DNA from: Candidatus Hydrogenedentota bacterium | GTDB taxonomy: Bacteria > Hydrogenedentota > Hydrogenedentia > Hydrogenedentales > SLHB01 | Assembly (NCBI GenBank): GCA_034408725.1 | Contig: JAWXCN010000161.1 | Location: forward strand, 1 to 52,177 | Direction: 5' to 3' | Length of the DNA: 52,177 nt | Shown here: positions 38,997-49,195 of the stretch, piece by piece | How the letters are laid out: each line of letters starts with the position of its first letter | Position numbering within the stretch: position 1 is the stretch's first letter | Position numbers and translations under genes: made by a program | The notes under the pieces: model-generated | What the model was told of the DNA's origin: nothing | Databases searched by the model: none | Seen by the model: only the letters and a program-made list of their open reading frames with translations

Positions 38997-39902
38997 CTAC
39001 TTCCAGTCCGGGGTCATGTCCGATCCGTCGTTCGTCAGCTTGACGGGATGTCCACCCTTGATCGAGACGACGTACAATTCCCAAGGCCCTTTCTCGCTGA
39101 CGCCCTGACAATAGACGATATGCTGGCCGTCCGGGCTCGAACGACCGTAACGCTGCACTCCGGCCTGGAACGTGATCATCCGATTCTTTTGTCCGTCGGG
39201 TTGTACCGTGCAGATGTTCGTTTCAGTCTCGTAAACGATGAGTGCGCCATCCGGCGTAAAGTGGGGTTCACACGCGCCCTTCTTGTCGTATACTTTGGTG
39301 GGTTCCCCACCGTCGGGCGGCATGAGGAAGATGGCATTCCCCGCGTCCCACCGCGCCGCGAAAGCCAGCGAACTGCCATCCGGGCGCCACGTAGGACCGG
39401 AGCAGTTCGGGTAGGATTCAGGGCTGACGGATTTTTCTTCCCCTGAGGCGAGTGTCCGCACCCAGACTCGTTTGTCACGCCGAAATGCGATTTTCTTTTC
39501 ATCTGGAGACCACTCAGCCTGATCCCCGTCACAGATGCGATCGGGCGTTCCGCCGATTGTTGCAATCGTCCAGATGCCAACCGCTCCGCCGCGCGTCGAG
39601 CTGAACAGCACTTTTGAGCCATCGGCGTTAAAGTCCGGGTCTACATCCTGCTCTTCAGTGTCGCCAAGCGTGAGTTGTCGCAAATCCGTTCCATCGGCAT
39701 TGACTAGCCAGAGCCGCCAGGGTCCGGACCGATCACTCGAAAAAACGATCGTGCCCTTAATCTCTTCTGGTGCCTGCGCCTGCGCGTTCGTACAAGCGAT
39801 CCCAACCGACACCATGACTCCAATCGCAGCTGCGTACCCAAGCCTAACCCATGTCGCCGTACGCGTGAAATTCAATATCGTCTCCTCTTCGCCAGGATTC
39901 AA
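38997..39902 (-). CDS. TolB-like beta-propeller (PD40 repeats) exported protein
   Basis: IVFSSDRSG, repeated P.W/FSPDG..I.F units; exact start uncertain. Confidence 0.88.
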   Translation of the reverse strand: MNPGEEETILNFTRTATWVRLGYAAAIGVMVSVGIACTNAQAQAPEEIKGTIVFSSDRSGPWRLWLVNADGTDLRQLTLGDTEEQDVDPDFNADGSKVLFSSTRGGAVGIWTIATIGGTPDRICDGDQAEWSPDEKKIAFRRDKRVWVRTLASGEEKSVSPESYPNCSGPTWRPDGSSLAFAARWDAGNAIFLMPPDGGEPTKVYDKKGACEPHFTPDGALIVYETETNICTVQPDGQKNRMITFQAGVQRYGRSSPDGQHIVYCQGVSEKGPWELYVVSIKGGHPVKLTNDGSDMTPDWK

Positions 39903-40548
39903 TGGTCTTTAGGTCGGGCGCACCGTTCCCTGGAATGAAGCATGGATGCCCAGCGAACTCGTCTGCGATAGCCCCAGGCGCGCACTTCGCTCAGTATAAT
40001 TGTCCTTGCGGAGTCTATCAATGCCAATTCTGTTTTTGAGATATACGTGCTTGCCTAAAAGATGTCCGACGCCGATTATTGCGCGATCCATTTGATCGGG
40101 ATGTTAGTAACTTTTGGATTGACGAGAATTTTCGTCATTGGAAGGTTCCCGTGGCTAAAACGACGGTGAATTATCGCTCCTGGCGTTGCCAGTGAAGTTG
40201 TTGGTCTGTCCCTTCGCGACCGCAACGCGGTTCACCGTCGTTGTGATCGCGGCCATTGTATTGCGCAGGGTCTCAGCGCTTGTCGCTCCATGTTAGTTCG
40301 AAAATTCGCCGCTGCATGGCAACAGCGAGACGGTATGAATGGGATTTTGTCGCAGCTTGGGACTGTTCAAATCCAGTTCCTACTTCAGCATTCGCCGATT
40401 TGTCACACGTACACGCATTGGCGCGCCGCTGGCCTTGAGGGCGCTGATCCGTTTGTTCCGAATATCGACTGCGGGGGGAGCATGGGCTATAGTGCTTTCA
40501 TCGGGGGTCAGCCGGCGTGTCCGCGGCGCCGTTTCAGAGGAAGTATTC

Positions 40549-42765
40549 ATGGGGTTCATCGCACTGAAGTCCACGAAGTGGGCTTTAGACATCGCGACCA
40601 AGATGATCAAGGCCAATATCCGCGTCCACAACATCGAGCATGTGAAGGACGACATGGCGATAGTCTACGTCGTCAATCATTTCACCCGCGTCGAAACCGT
40701 GTTGCTGCCGTATATTCTGCACAAGTACACGGGCAAGGAAATCTGGTCGTTGGCGGCGGCGGAATTGTTCGAGGGGAAGATCGGCGAGTATTTGTTGTCG
40801 ATGGGGAACGTCTCGACGAAGAACCCCGATCGCGACACGATCATCGTCAATTCGCTGTTAACCGGCGAACATCCCTGGATCATTTTTCCCGAAGGCGGCA
40901 TGATTAAAGACAAGAAGGTCGTCGATCAAAAAGGCGATTTCAAAGTGTACAGCAAGGGCACGCGCCGCCCTCCGCATACGGGCGCGGCGGTGCTGGCGTT
41001 GCGCGCGGAATATTTCCGGCAGCGTCTCGCGTGTTTCAAGGATCGGCCCGGCAAACAGGAAGTGATCCAGCCGATCCTCTCGAAACTCGGCCTGACGGAC
41101 ATTGATCAGGCGTTCAAGAAACGTACGTACATCGTGCCCGTGAACATCACGTATTTTCCGATCCGCGCGCGGGACAATATGATGCTGCGCATCGCCCGCG
41201 CGTTTGCAAAAGACCTCAGCAAACGTGCCATCGAGGAACTGTCCGTCGAAGGCACGGTGCTCTCGGCGGACACTGACATTGACGTCACTTTCGGCGATCC
41301 CATCGAAGTCGGGCATTTCCTCCAGGAGACCGACTGCAAACTGCTTGTCGAGTCCATCGAAACGGACCTGAACACGCTTGAAGAAGATCCCGAATCCGGG
41401 TTCAACGAGGCCGCGCGCCGTCTGATGGTCCGGTTCATGGCGGACATCTACCGCAACACAACGGTGAACTACGACCACATTTTCGGCACGCTGATTCGCA
41501 ACCAGCGCGCGCGAAAATTCACCGACCGCGCGTACCGGAACCGCATCTTCCTCGCGGTTCACCAGATTAAGCAACTGGGCCAACACCGGCTGCACCACGT
41601 GCTCGACCGGTCATACCGCGATATTCTGTATGAAGACGCAAGCCCGATCCTCACTGACTTCCTCGACCTGTGTCTCAGCGAAGGCATTCTGCTGAAGCAG
41701 GGCAACGAGTACGTGCGTAACACACAGGCGCGCACGGTGGAAGCCGATTTCCATAACGTGCGCAAGGAAGAAGTGACGTCGGTCATCGCCAATGAAGTCG
41801 AACCGTTGACTATCCTCACGGGTATCATCCAGAACGTTGCGCGGTTGCCGCGCCCGATGTTGTCGAGCAAGATTCGCGCGATCTTCCTGAAGGAAGACCT
41901 CGACCTGTTTGAACATGATTATGCGAACTACGCCACGTCCGGCGAGAACAAACCCCCGGACGTCGGCCGGCCATTCCTTCTGACACCGCAAAAGTTCAAG
42001 GCAGGGATCGTGCTTGTTCACGGATACATGGCCGCGCCGCTGGAAGTAAAGGCGATGGCGGATTACTTCGCCCAGCGCGGCTTCGCCGTCTACGCAGTGC
42101 GCCTCAAAGGCCACGGCACGTCCGCGGAAGACCTCGCCCGCACGCCCTGGGAAGAATGGTACGAGTCCGTCAACCGCGGCTACGCGATCGTCAAAAGCCT
42201 GACGGACAATATCGTGCTCGGTGGGTTCTCGACCGGGGGCGTGCTCGCGCTCCTCGCCGCTGGCCGGAAGAAGGACAAAGTCAAAGCGGTGTTTTCGATC
42301 AATGCGCCGCTGCAACTCCGCAATTACATGGCGCGGTTCGCCTCCCAAATCGTGTCCATGAACAGCCTGATCGCCCGGCTCAAGCGCGGCACCGGCTGGG
42401 TCTATATCGAAAACAATCCGGAGAACAAGCACATCAATTACACGCGAAATCCGATCACCGGGGTGCGTGAGCTCGGCAAGGCGATGTCGGCGATGGAAGG
42501 CGCGCTGAAAGACATTTCCGTGCCGACGCTCATTGTCCAGGGATACCGGGACCCGATAGTTGACCCGACCAGCGGCCAAAATATTTTCAGCCAGATCGGC
42601 ACCCATCAGAAAGAGCTTATCGTGATCGATGCCGCGCGCCACGGCATCATCAACGGCGAAGGTTCGGTCGACGTGTATGACCGCATAGATCGGTTCCTCA
42701 TGCGCGCCCGCGAGCACGAAAACGCCGCCATCGCGACGGAGAGCGAAGCCGCCGAAGCGGGATAG
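40549..42765 (+). CDS. Glycerolipid acyltransferase (PlsC/PlsB-like) fused to alpha/beta hydrolase
   Basis: NHFTRVE and FPEGG acyltransferase blocks; LVHGY, GHGT, GFSTGG, DPIV, RHGI hydrolase motifs; ATG after GAGGA. Confidence 0.88.
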   Translation: MGFIALKSTKWALDIATKMIKANIRVHNIEHVKDDMAIVYVVNHFTRVETVLLPYILHKYTGKEIWSLAAAELFEGKIGEYLLSMGNVSTKNPDRDTIIVNSLLTGEHPWIIFPEGGMIKDKKVVDQKGDFKVYSKGTRRPPHTGAAVLALRAEYFRQRLACFKDRPGKQEVIQPILSKLGLTDIDQAFKKRTYIVPVNITYFPIRARDNMMLRIARAFAKDLSKRAIEELSVEGTVLSADTDIDVTFGDPIEVGHFLQETDCKLLVESIETDLNTLEEDPESGFNEAARRLMVRFMADIYRNTTVNYDHIFGTLIRNQRARKFTDRAYRNRIFLAVHQIKQLGQHRLHHVLDRSYRDILYEDASPILTDFLDLCLSEGILLKQGNEYVRNTQARTVEADFHNVRKEEVTSVIANEVEPLTILTGIIQNVARLPRPMLSSKIRAIFLKEDLDLFEHDYANYATSGENKPPDVGRPFLLTPQKFKAGIVLVHGYMAAPLEVKAMADYFAQRGFAVYAVRLKGHGTSAEDLARTPWEEWYESVNRGYAIVKSLTDNIVLGGFSTGGVLALLAAGRKKDKVKAVFSINAPLQLRNYMARFASQIVSMNSLIARLKRGTGWVYIENNPENKHINYTRNPITGVRELGKAMSAMEGALKDISVPTLIVQGYRDPIVDPTSGQNIFSQIGTHQKELIVIDAARHGIINGEGSVDVYDRIDRFLMRAREHENAAIATESEAAEAG

Positions 42766-42820
42766 CTCCTCCACTCCCCCAGTCAGGGCGAACCGGAATA
42801 CAAGGCTACCGATAAGCCTA

Positions 42821-42849
42821 TTGACACAAAGTTCATCAATCCGTACAAT
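42821..42849 (+). promoter_or_regulatory. Sigma70 promoter
   Basis: TTGACA-17-TACAAT. Confidence 0.8.
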
Positions 42850-42891
42850 ATTAGAAACCATTCACAAATAAACCAGTTTTTGGGGGGCATA

Positions 42892-44466
42892 ATGGGGACT
42901 ATGGCTCGGGGCGGAGTATTAGGCATGCTTTGCGTCGTTCTTACGCATGCCGAATTGCAGAGCGTCGAGGTGGGTGGAAAGCTTGAGATTTACGGCCACT
43001 GGTACACGGGGTTGGCCGAATCAGCGGGGACATCCGAACGAATCCCAAGTTTCTTTCTGCCACTTCGTCCTATTGGGCCCTACAACACCGCTTCATGGCT
43101 GCAAGCGGGTGACGGCGGGAACAATGAAGGACATGTGGAGCAGCGGACCCGATTGCACGTCGCCGCGGAATTCACTAACGACGTCAGCGCATTTTTCGAG
43201 ATCAACCAGGTTGATGTGTGGGGCGACGACTTCCGGTCGGACTACCGGACTGGGATCGACTCACGCGCAACCTCCGCTGACGATTTGGAAGTGAACCAGG
43301 CCTACGTCAGTGTCGACAACGTGCTGGGCTTGCCTGCGCGACTTCGAATCGGAAGGCAAGCCATGGAATTTGGTTCCGGTTGGCTGGTCGCCAGCGATAT
43401 TAGTCCCGCTCCGTTTCTCGATACGACGTATGACGCCATTCGCCTCACGGTTGCAATCGAGTCGTTGCGCGTAGACGCATGGATCAGCGAGCTCGCGGAA
43501 AGCGGCGCGGCGGAGGAAAACGGAGACGTCGATTTTTACGGCGTTTACGCTACGTGGCTTCCGGGCTCGGGCGCCAATCATGAATCCGCGAATCTCGAAT
43601 TCGACGTGTATTACCTGTTCCTGCGGGACGCGCGCAGTCTGAACGATACAAATTTCGCCGCTCCGATTGAGCGGCTGGAAAACTTCGTGGGTCTTGATGA
43701 CTACGGCGCAACGGAGTTGCACGTCGCTGGCGCGCGAGGCGCCGGGGTTTGGAACCAATTCGATTGGGAGATCGAGGCCGCGTATCAGTGGGGCGTCGCG
43801 GACGCAGTCGGTTTCCTGTTCAAACCCGCGGGACAGTTGTACGGCGATGACGATGCGCGGCGGAACACCTGGGGCGGTCACGCAGAAGCGGGTTGGACCA
43901 CGCGATTGCCCTGGAGAATCCGTTTTTTCGCGGGAGGCGCGTACTACGGAGGAGAAGATAACCGCGGCATTTCATTTCGCGATTGGGTAAACCCATTTGA
44001 TCGTTCCGAAGCCAGTATCTCGTTCAATCGCCTTTTTACCTCCTGGCATGAGGACGCCTTCATCGAAGGCACCAGCATGTCAAACTTCTGGAAAGCGTAT
44101 CTCGGCGCGAACGCATACCCGAGCGACAACGTGGAGATGGGGTTGAACGCGACCTACTACGAAATTCTGGAGCCCTTTGACAGTCCCGTGTCCGTATCGC
44201 TTGGTGGATGGAAAGTGCCGGTAGCGCCGGCGCTTTCGTTCTGGACCACGGAAGGATCGACCGAACTGGGGTGGCAGGTTTCGTTGTGGGCAGTCTACGC
44301 TTATTCCGAGGACCTGTCGTTTGAGGTCGGATGGTCCCATTGGTTCACGGGCGACGCGATAGGCGAGGGCGCTGCATTTATCGACGAGAACGGTCTGAGA
44401 AATGTTGGTGGCCGCGACGACGAAGATCAGGAATACTTCTACTTCCTGACGACCATCGAATTTTAG
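42892..44466 (+). CDS. Alginate export family outer-membrane beta-barrel
   Basis: EQRTRL, QAYV, LRIGRQ..EFG.G.LV, YDAIR, EAAYQWG, terminal Phe. Confidence 0.82.
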   Translation: MGTMARGGVLGMLCVVLTHAELQSVEVGGKLEIYGHWYTGLAESAGTSERIPSFFLPLRPIGPYNTASWLQAGDGGNNEGHVEQRTRLHVAAEFTNDVSAFFEINQVDVWGDDFRSDYRTGIDSRATSADDLEVNQAYVSVDNVLGLPARLRIGRQAMEFGSGWLVASDISPAPFLDTTYDAIRLTVAIESLRVDAWISELAESGAAEENGDVDFYGVYATWLPGSGANHESANLEFDVYYLFLRDARSLNDTNFAAPIERLENFVGLDDYGATELHVAGARGAGVWNQFDWEIEAAYQWGVADAVGFLFKPAGQLYGDDDARRNTWGGHAEAGWTTRLPWRIRFFAGGAYYGGEDNRGISFRDWVNPFDRSEASISFNRLFTSWHEDAFIEGTSMSNFWKAYLGANAYPSDNVEMGLNATYYEILEPFDSPVSVSLGGWKVPVAPALSFWTTEGSTELGWQVSLWAVYAYSEDLSFEVGWSHWFTGDAIGEGAAFIDENGLRNVGGRDDEDQEYFYFLTTIEF

Positions 44467-44500
44467 ACGGGCGCGAAGCGCGGGTTACCGATGGTTTTGT

Positions 44501-46342
44501 CTACCGCGACAGGTTCGCCGCGGCTTGAATCGGTTTCACTTCCGCGGGTTGCGGTTCATCCCCCGACGGAAAACTCATTAGTGGTGGTACTGGCGGCGCG
44601 TTGCGAATCCATTTCATCAACTGCCCCTGAAACTTGTCGCGCACGGGAAACCCGGCGGTGAACATGTCGCTCAAATAACTTTCGGTGGTCTCGCGCGCGC
44701 ACAACGCGCGATAGTAGGCCTGTTTCTTGAACGCATCGGAAAACGCCACGACTCCATCTTTTACGGGCGTGTCCATGTGTTTCGCGGTTGCCGCTTCCTT
44801 GCTGCCGAATGATGCGCCCCAACGGATTTCGGGCGCGTGGTTTGGATCGAACGACATGTCGTATAGCCGTCGTTCGATATCAAGCAAAGATAGCGTAACC
44901 TTTTCACCCGCGGAATTCGTGTACTCCATGTAACGCGTCCGGAACACGCGGTCTTTCTCGGCGACGAGCGCGCGCGCCAGGTTCGCGCGATCGCCGAGAT
45001 AGTACGGTTCGAGCCCGGCGAGATCGACAAAGCCTGGCCGGCGGTTATGCCAGCGGATGACGTTGTCCATCCAGTCCGCGAGATAGTAATAGCGTCCGCG
45101 GATATCGACGTCCGACGACGCGGAACTGAACTGTCCCCAGCGGCCGCCCGCGGTGAATATATTCTCTAAGCGATCATTCTCGGGATAGAATATCGCGCCG
45201 TTCGCGTTGACGTCGCGCCAGCCCTCCTGCACGAGTGCTTCACGCAGTTTGTATAAGCCGATGAGTTCGTCGGCGTACTGCGTGAGGAATTCCGTTGGCG
45301 AAACATGATTGACGGAGCGCATGCGTTCGAGGATTAACTCGTGAAAACTCTCAAGCGGCACGTTGTTCTCGACAATTTTTTGCGTCTTTGCGATTTCCTC
45401 GATGCGATCATACTGTTCGAGGGACCAGCCAAACTCACGCATTTCCTGATCGGTGCGGCGGCGCACGGCTACGACTTCTCCTGTCTCATCGACTTCGGCG
45501 ATAGGATAGCGGAAGATGCGCAGTCCCTGGAAGCATCCGGCGTATTCGTTGCCGGCGCGGCCAGTATGTTTCGGCGGGATGCCCATGACGGCGTTCAGCC
45601 CGTTGAAGCTGTAGATGTCGCGCGAGGCGGCCGTGGTGGAATCGAGAAAGCGAAGTTCGCCGTTCTTGTCTATGTCGGCAAGCACGAGGACGTGGCCATC
45701 GAGGTAGTGCATCGCGCCGGGGATGAGGAATTGTTTGTTGATCGCGATCGGTACGGTATCCGATTGCTGGCTGTTTTCGCCATAAGGTTCGACACGATAG
45801 TTGCCGGTGCAAAATCCGGTAACCGCGTTGCGGAAGAAGTATTCAAGGGACTCCGCGGTAAAGCTGTTGAGCTCGCCTGCGGGAATGTTGTTGTGCGCGG
45901 TACGGAGGTCGCCTCCGCCCGAGCGCACATAGCTGATCATCCACGGCAGTCCGCGCCGGTACGAGTAGTACGATGAAAGCGAAACAGTGAGCTTGCCGCA
46001 GTCGAGAATACTGTGCATGACACCCATGAGATTATCGGGCAATTGCGGGTTGGACTGTTCCCCCGCGAATTCGGGGTCGAGCAGGAGATTCATTTCGGGA
46101 TCGGTGAGCACACGCACGAGTTTCGCGCGACGCTGCTCGAGCGTGCCCTGGGTTTTAAGTTTGTAGATATTGTTGATCCACACCGCGTAGTGGTGGCTTT
46201 CGGCGACGTTCCATTGCCGGCGAACGGGCCATGCCCCTTCGTCACTGTGAATCGATGGCGGGTTCGGGTCTGCGGCGAACAGCGGCAACCCGCAAGCCGA
46301 AAGCAGGATACAGACCGACCACCTGCGTACTGAGCAAAGCAT
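44501..46342 (-). CDS. Secreted protein of unknown family with putative Cys-His-Asp triad (paralog 1)
   Basis: Signal peptide; DCGK...DGHVLVLA...FLDS; colinear with 46410-48266. Confidence 0.85.
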   Translation of the reverse strand: MLCSVRRWSVCILLSACGLPLFAADPNPPSIHSDEGAWPVRRQWNVAESHHYAVWINNIYKLKTQGTLEQRRAKLVRVLTDPEMNLLLDPEFAGEQSNPQLPDNLMGVMHSILDCGKLTVSLSSYYSYRRGLPWMISYVRSGGGDLRTAHNNIPAGELNSFTAESLEYFFRNAVTGFCTGNYRVEPYGENSQQSDTVPIAINKQFLIPGAMHYLDGHVLVLADIDKNGELRFLDSTTAASRDIYSFNGLNAVMGIPPKHTGRAGNEYAGCFQGLRIFRYPIAEVDETGEVVAVRRRTDQEMREFGWSLEQYDRIEEIAKTQKIVENNVPLESFHELILERMRSVNHVSPTEFLTQYADELIGLYKLREALVQEGWRDVNANGAIFYPENDRLENIFTAGGRWGQFSSASSDVDIRGRYYYLADWMDNVIRWHNRRPGFVDLAGLEPYYLGDRANLARALVAEKDRVFRTRYMEYTNSAGEKVTLSLLDIERRLYDMSFDPNHAPEIRWGASFGSKEAATAKHMDTPVKDGVVAFSDAFKKQAYYRALCARETTESYLSDMFTAGFPVRDKFQGQLMKWIRNAPPVPPLMSFPSGDEPQPAEVKPIQAAANLSR

Positions 46343-46409
46343 AGTGTCCCCCGAAACCATCATCCGACCCCAAAATCACCCAACGAAATCAAGCGAGCCC
46401 CCACTTTCG

Positions 46410-48266
46410 TCATTGCTGCTGCCCGGTCGCGACCGGTTCCGCGGGTTTGGATCCCGCGGTCTGTGATGCCTGCGCGAGGCGTTCCGGGTAACGCGCATAG
46501 AGCCATTTGTCGAGTTGCTGGTCGAACTTGACGCGCACGGGGTAGCCCGCGGTGAACATCGTGCGCAGGTAGCTGCGTTCAGTTTCCCGCTGGCACACAG
46601 TGCGGTAGTACGCCTGCTTGGCATAGGCGACTTCAAACGGCACAGCGCCGCCCTTGGGCACAGGAGTGGGGTTGATCTTCGCGGTGGCATATTCCGGCGT
46701 GCCGGGTTTTGCGCCCCAGCGAATTTCCGGCGCATGATTCGGGTCGAACGACATGTCGTAGATGCGTTCCTCGATATCCGCGAGCGACAGCTTTACCTTT
46801 TGCCCGGCGGTATTTGCATATTCCACGAAGTGTTCTTTGAATATTTTTTGCTTTTCAGCAACGATGGCTTCGGCAAAATCCTCTTTATTCTTGATGCTGT
46901 AGGATTCGAATCCCTTCAAGTCAATCAAATGCGGGGCGGATTCGTACCAGCGTACGGCGTTATCCATCCAGTCGGCGAGATAGAAATACTTGTTGCGGCG
47001 GTCCACGTCGGACGACGGCGAGCTCCAGTCTTCCCAACGGCCGTGGGCCTGAAAAATATTCGAGTCTTCCACCTGTTCTGGGTACGTGATCAATCCGCCG
47101 GTTTTGACGTTCGTCCATGCGTCCTGCACGAAGATATCGCGCTGCTGATACATATCGGCGAGTTCAACGACGTATTCGTGCATGAACTCCATCGGCACAA
47201 TCTTGTCCACGGTCTTCATGCGATACCGGATGAACTCGTGCATGCTTTGGAGGCGCAACCCGTCTTCGACGATCACGTGGTCAGTGACGATCTGCGTGAT
47301 CTTCTCATACTGCTCGATTGACCCGCCAAACTCTTCCATCTCCCGGTCGGTGCGCCTGCGCACTTTCGTCACGCGCCCGCTGCTGTCCGTCTCGGCAATC
47401 GGGTACCGGAAAATGCGCATACCCTGAAAACAACCCTTGAGGGGATTGGGCCCTTCCGACGTCATCGGTTCGATCCCCGCGACGGTATTCATTCCATTGA
47501 ACGTGAAAATATCGCGGGTGCGGTTAATACTGGCATTGATGAAATGTAGCTCACCGTATTTATCCACCTGCGCAAGCAACAAGCAGTGTCCGTCCGTGTA
47601 GTTCATGGCTCCCGGCAACAGATACTGCCGGTTAATTGCGACGGGCACAGTATCGGATTGATCCGAACGCGTGCTATTCGGTTCCACGCGATAATTACCG
47701 GAGCTGATTCCCGTCACCATGTTCCGGAAGAATGCGTCGGCGGAACCCGACGTGAAACTGTTCAGGTTTCCACCCGGAATGTTCGCGGGCGCGGTGCGCA
47801 CGTCGCCTTTGGTCGCCGATACATACGAAATCATCCAGGGCAGCGCGCGGCGGTAGGCGTAGTACGCCGGCAAGGTCATGCTGAACTTCGCGCAGTCGGT
47901 GATGTTGTGCAGGAACGAAATAGTGCCTTTGCCCAGTTGCGGGTTCGAACCTTGTCCGGCGAACGATGGGTCGAGCAACAGATTGATCTTGGGGTCTGTC
48001 AGGATACGGTCCAACTTCGCGATGCGCTGATCGACGTCCCCCTTGGTCTTCGCTACGTAAATGTGCTCCATCCATTTCGCGAAATGTTGCGTCTCTTCGG
48101 GGTTCCATTGCCGGCGGATGGGCCACGCGCCTTGAGACGACCGGACCGTGGGCGGGTTCGGGTCCTGCGCCAGGACGATGGGCGCAATCAGGCCGGCCAA
48201 TACGGTAGCGAACAGTCTGCGCGGTTTGCTGCAAACCGGCCAGAAATAGGAAAAGTATGTGTGCAT
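46410..48266 (-). CDS. Secreted protein of unknown family with putative Cys-His-Asn triad (paralog 2)
   Basis: Signal peptide; DCAK...DGHCLLLA...FINAS; ATG at 48266 after GAGG. Confidence 0.85.
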   Translation of the reverse strand: MHTYFSYFWPVCSKPRRLFATVLAGLIAPIVLAQDPNPPTVRSSQGAWPIRRQWNPEETQHFAKWMEHIYVAKTKGDVDQRIAKLDRILTDPKINLLLDPSFAGQGSNPQLGKGTISFLHNITDCAKFSMTLPAYYAYRRALPWMISYVSATKGDVRTAPANIPGGNLNSFTSGSADAFFRNMVTGISSGNYRVEPNSTRSDQSDTVPVAINRQYLLPGAMNYTDGHCLLLAQVDKYGELHFINASINRTRDIFTFNGMNTVAGIEPMTSEGPNPLKGCFQGMRIFRYPIAETDSSGRVTKVRRRTDREMEEFGGSIEQYEKITQIVTDHVIVEDGLRLQSMHEFIRYRMKTVDKIVPMEFMHEYVVELADMYQQRDIFVQDAWTNVKTGGLITYPEQVEDSNIFQAHGRWEDWSSPSSDVDRRNKYFYLADWMDNAVRWYESAPHLIDLKGFESYSIKNKEDFAEAIVAEKQKIFKEHFVEYANTAGQKVKLSLADIEERIYDMSFDPNHAPEIRWGAKPGTPEYATAKINPTPVPKGGAVPFEVAYAKQAYYRTVCQRETERSYLRTMFTAGYPVRVKFDQQLDKWLYARYPERLAQASQTAGSKPAEPVATGQQQ

Positions 48267-48489
48267 AACTACTGCCTCGTAAAGTTCAGTACGATAATTG
48301 AGAGCGCGCGGGAGTCCCGCCGCACTCGACGCGCCAAGTATAGCCGAAACCGCGTTAGTTTGCCTGTCCGGGCGCGGGCGATCCTCCTTGTTCAATTTCC
48401 GCACGAAGGATTTTCGAGTCTTTATGGTCCGTATTGCTTTTTAGCAGGAGGTCCAATTCCTCAAGCGCCAAGGCCGCTCTGCCTTGCAA

Positions 48490-48775
48490 CTAATGAGACA
48501 GCGCCAGGTAGTAGCGGGCATGGGCGTAGTCCGGATTGATGCGCAACGCGCTGGCGTAGGCGGCTTCCGCGTTCGTGAAGTGATGCCCGCCCGCGCTGTC
48601 ACCGAAACATTCAACGTCGGCCATGTGCGACAGCCAGGTCAATGGATGCCAGTTGCTGCGCGTGCCAGTCGTGAAGGCCCAGCCCACGCCTTCCCACGAG
48701 AGGCCAGCCTGCACCATCGCATTTTCGTATACATAGCCGGGATCGTCGAATACGATGAACGGGTGCGAAGCTGTG
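48490..48775 (-). pseudogene. Internally deleted TMTC-like (GT-C + TPR) gene remnant
   Basis: F..FDDPGYV.EN..V..GLSW...WAFT....NWHPLTWLSH..D...FG....GHH.TN joined directly to terminal TPR AEAAYASALRINPDYAHA. Confidence 0.75.
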
Positions 48776-48813
48776 CGCAGGTCCCGTCGCGCTTCGTGAA
48801 GTGAAAATAAAAT

Positions 48814-48890
<77 letters not shown>

Positions 48891-49195
48891 GCCGGAAAAT
48901 AAGCGCCCTGGCGGTAGATGGTCGCCAAGGCGGAAGAGAGTATAGCAGTCGGCTCGCGGGACAATCAAAAAACTGTTGGGTCTCGGCCCGCATTTGCCTG
49001 CGTACTTTCACCGCAGACACGCACGAGCGGAAGGTAGCGCGCGTCCCCGTGCGCCTGGTCTTGCACATGCGCACCGGGTCGTAAAGCGTCCCACCATCGC
49101 ATTCGGACACTTCGGAGGCAGGTTTCCTAGCTCGCTATATTCACTGGGGGTACAAATGGCGGGTTAGAAAGCCCACCCTCCGTTCAGTATGCCCC

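Noticed and set aside
29217-40548. Integrative island at tRNA-Val
   Set aside because: No integrase and no duplicated tRNA 3' end found by eye; cannot be excluded as an old island.
39903-40548. ncRNA or small genes in the divergent intergenic gap
   Set aside because: No convincing structure, terminator or SD-led ORF recognised; most likely a divergent promoter region.
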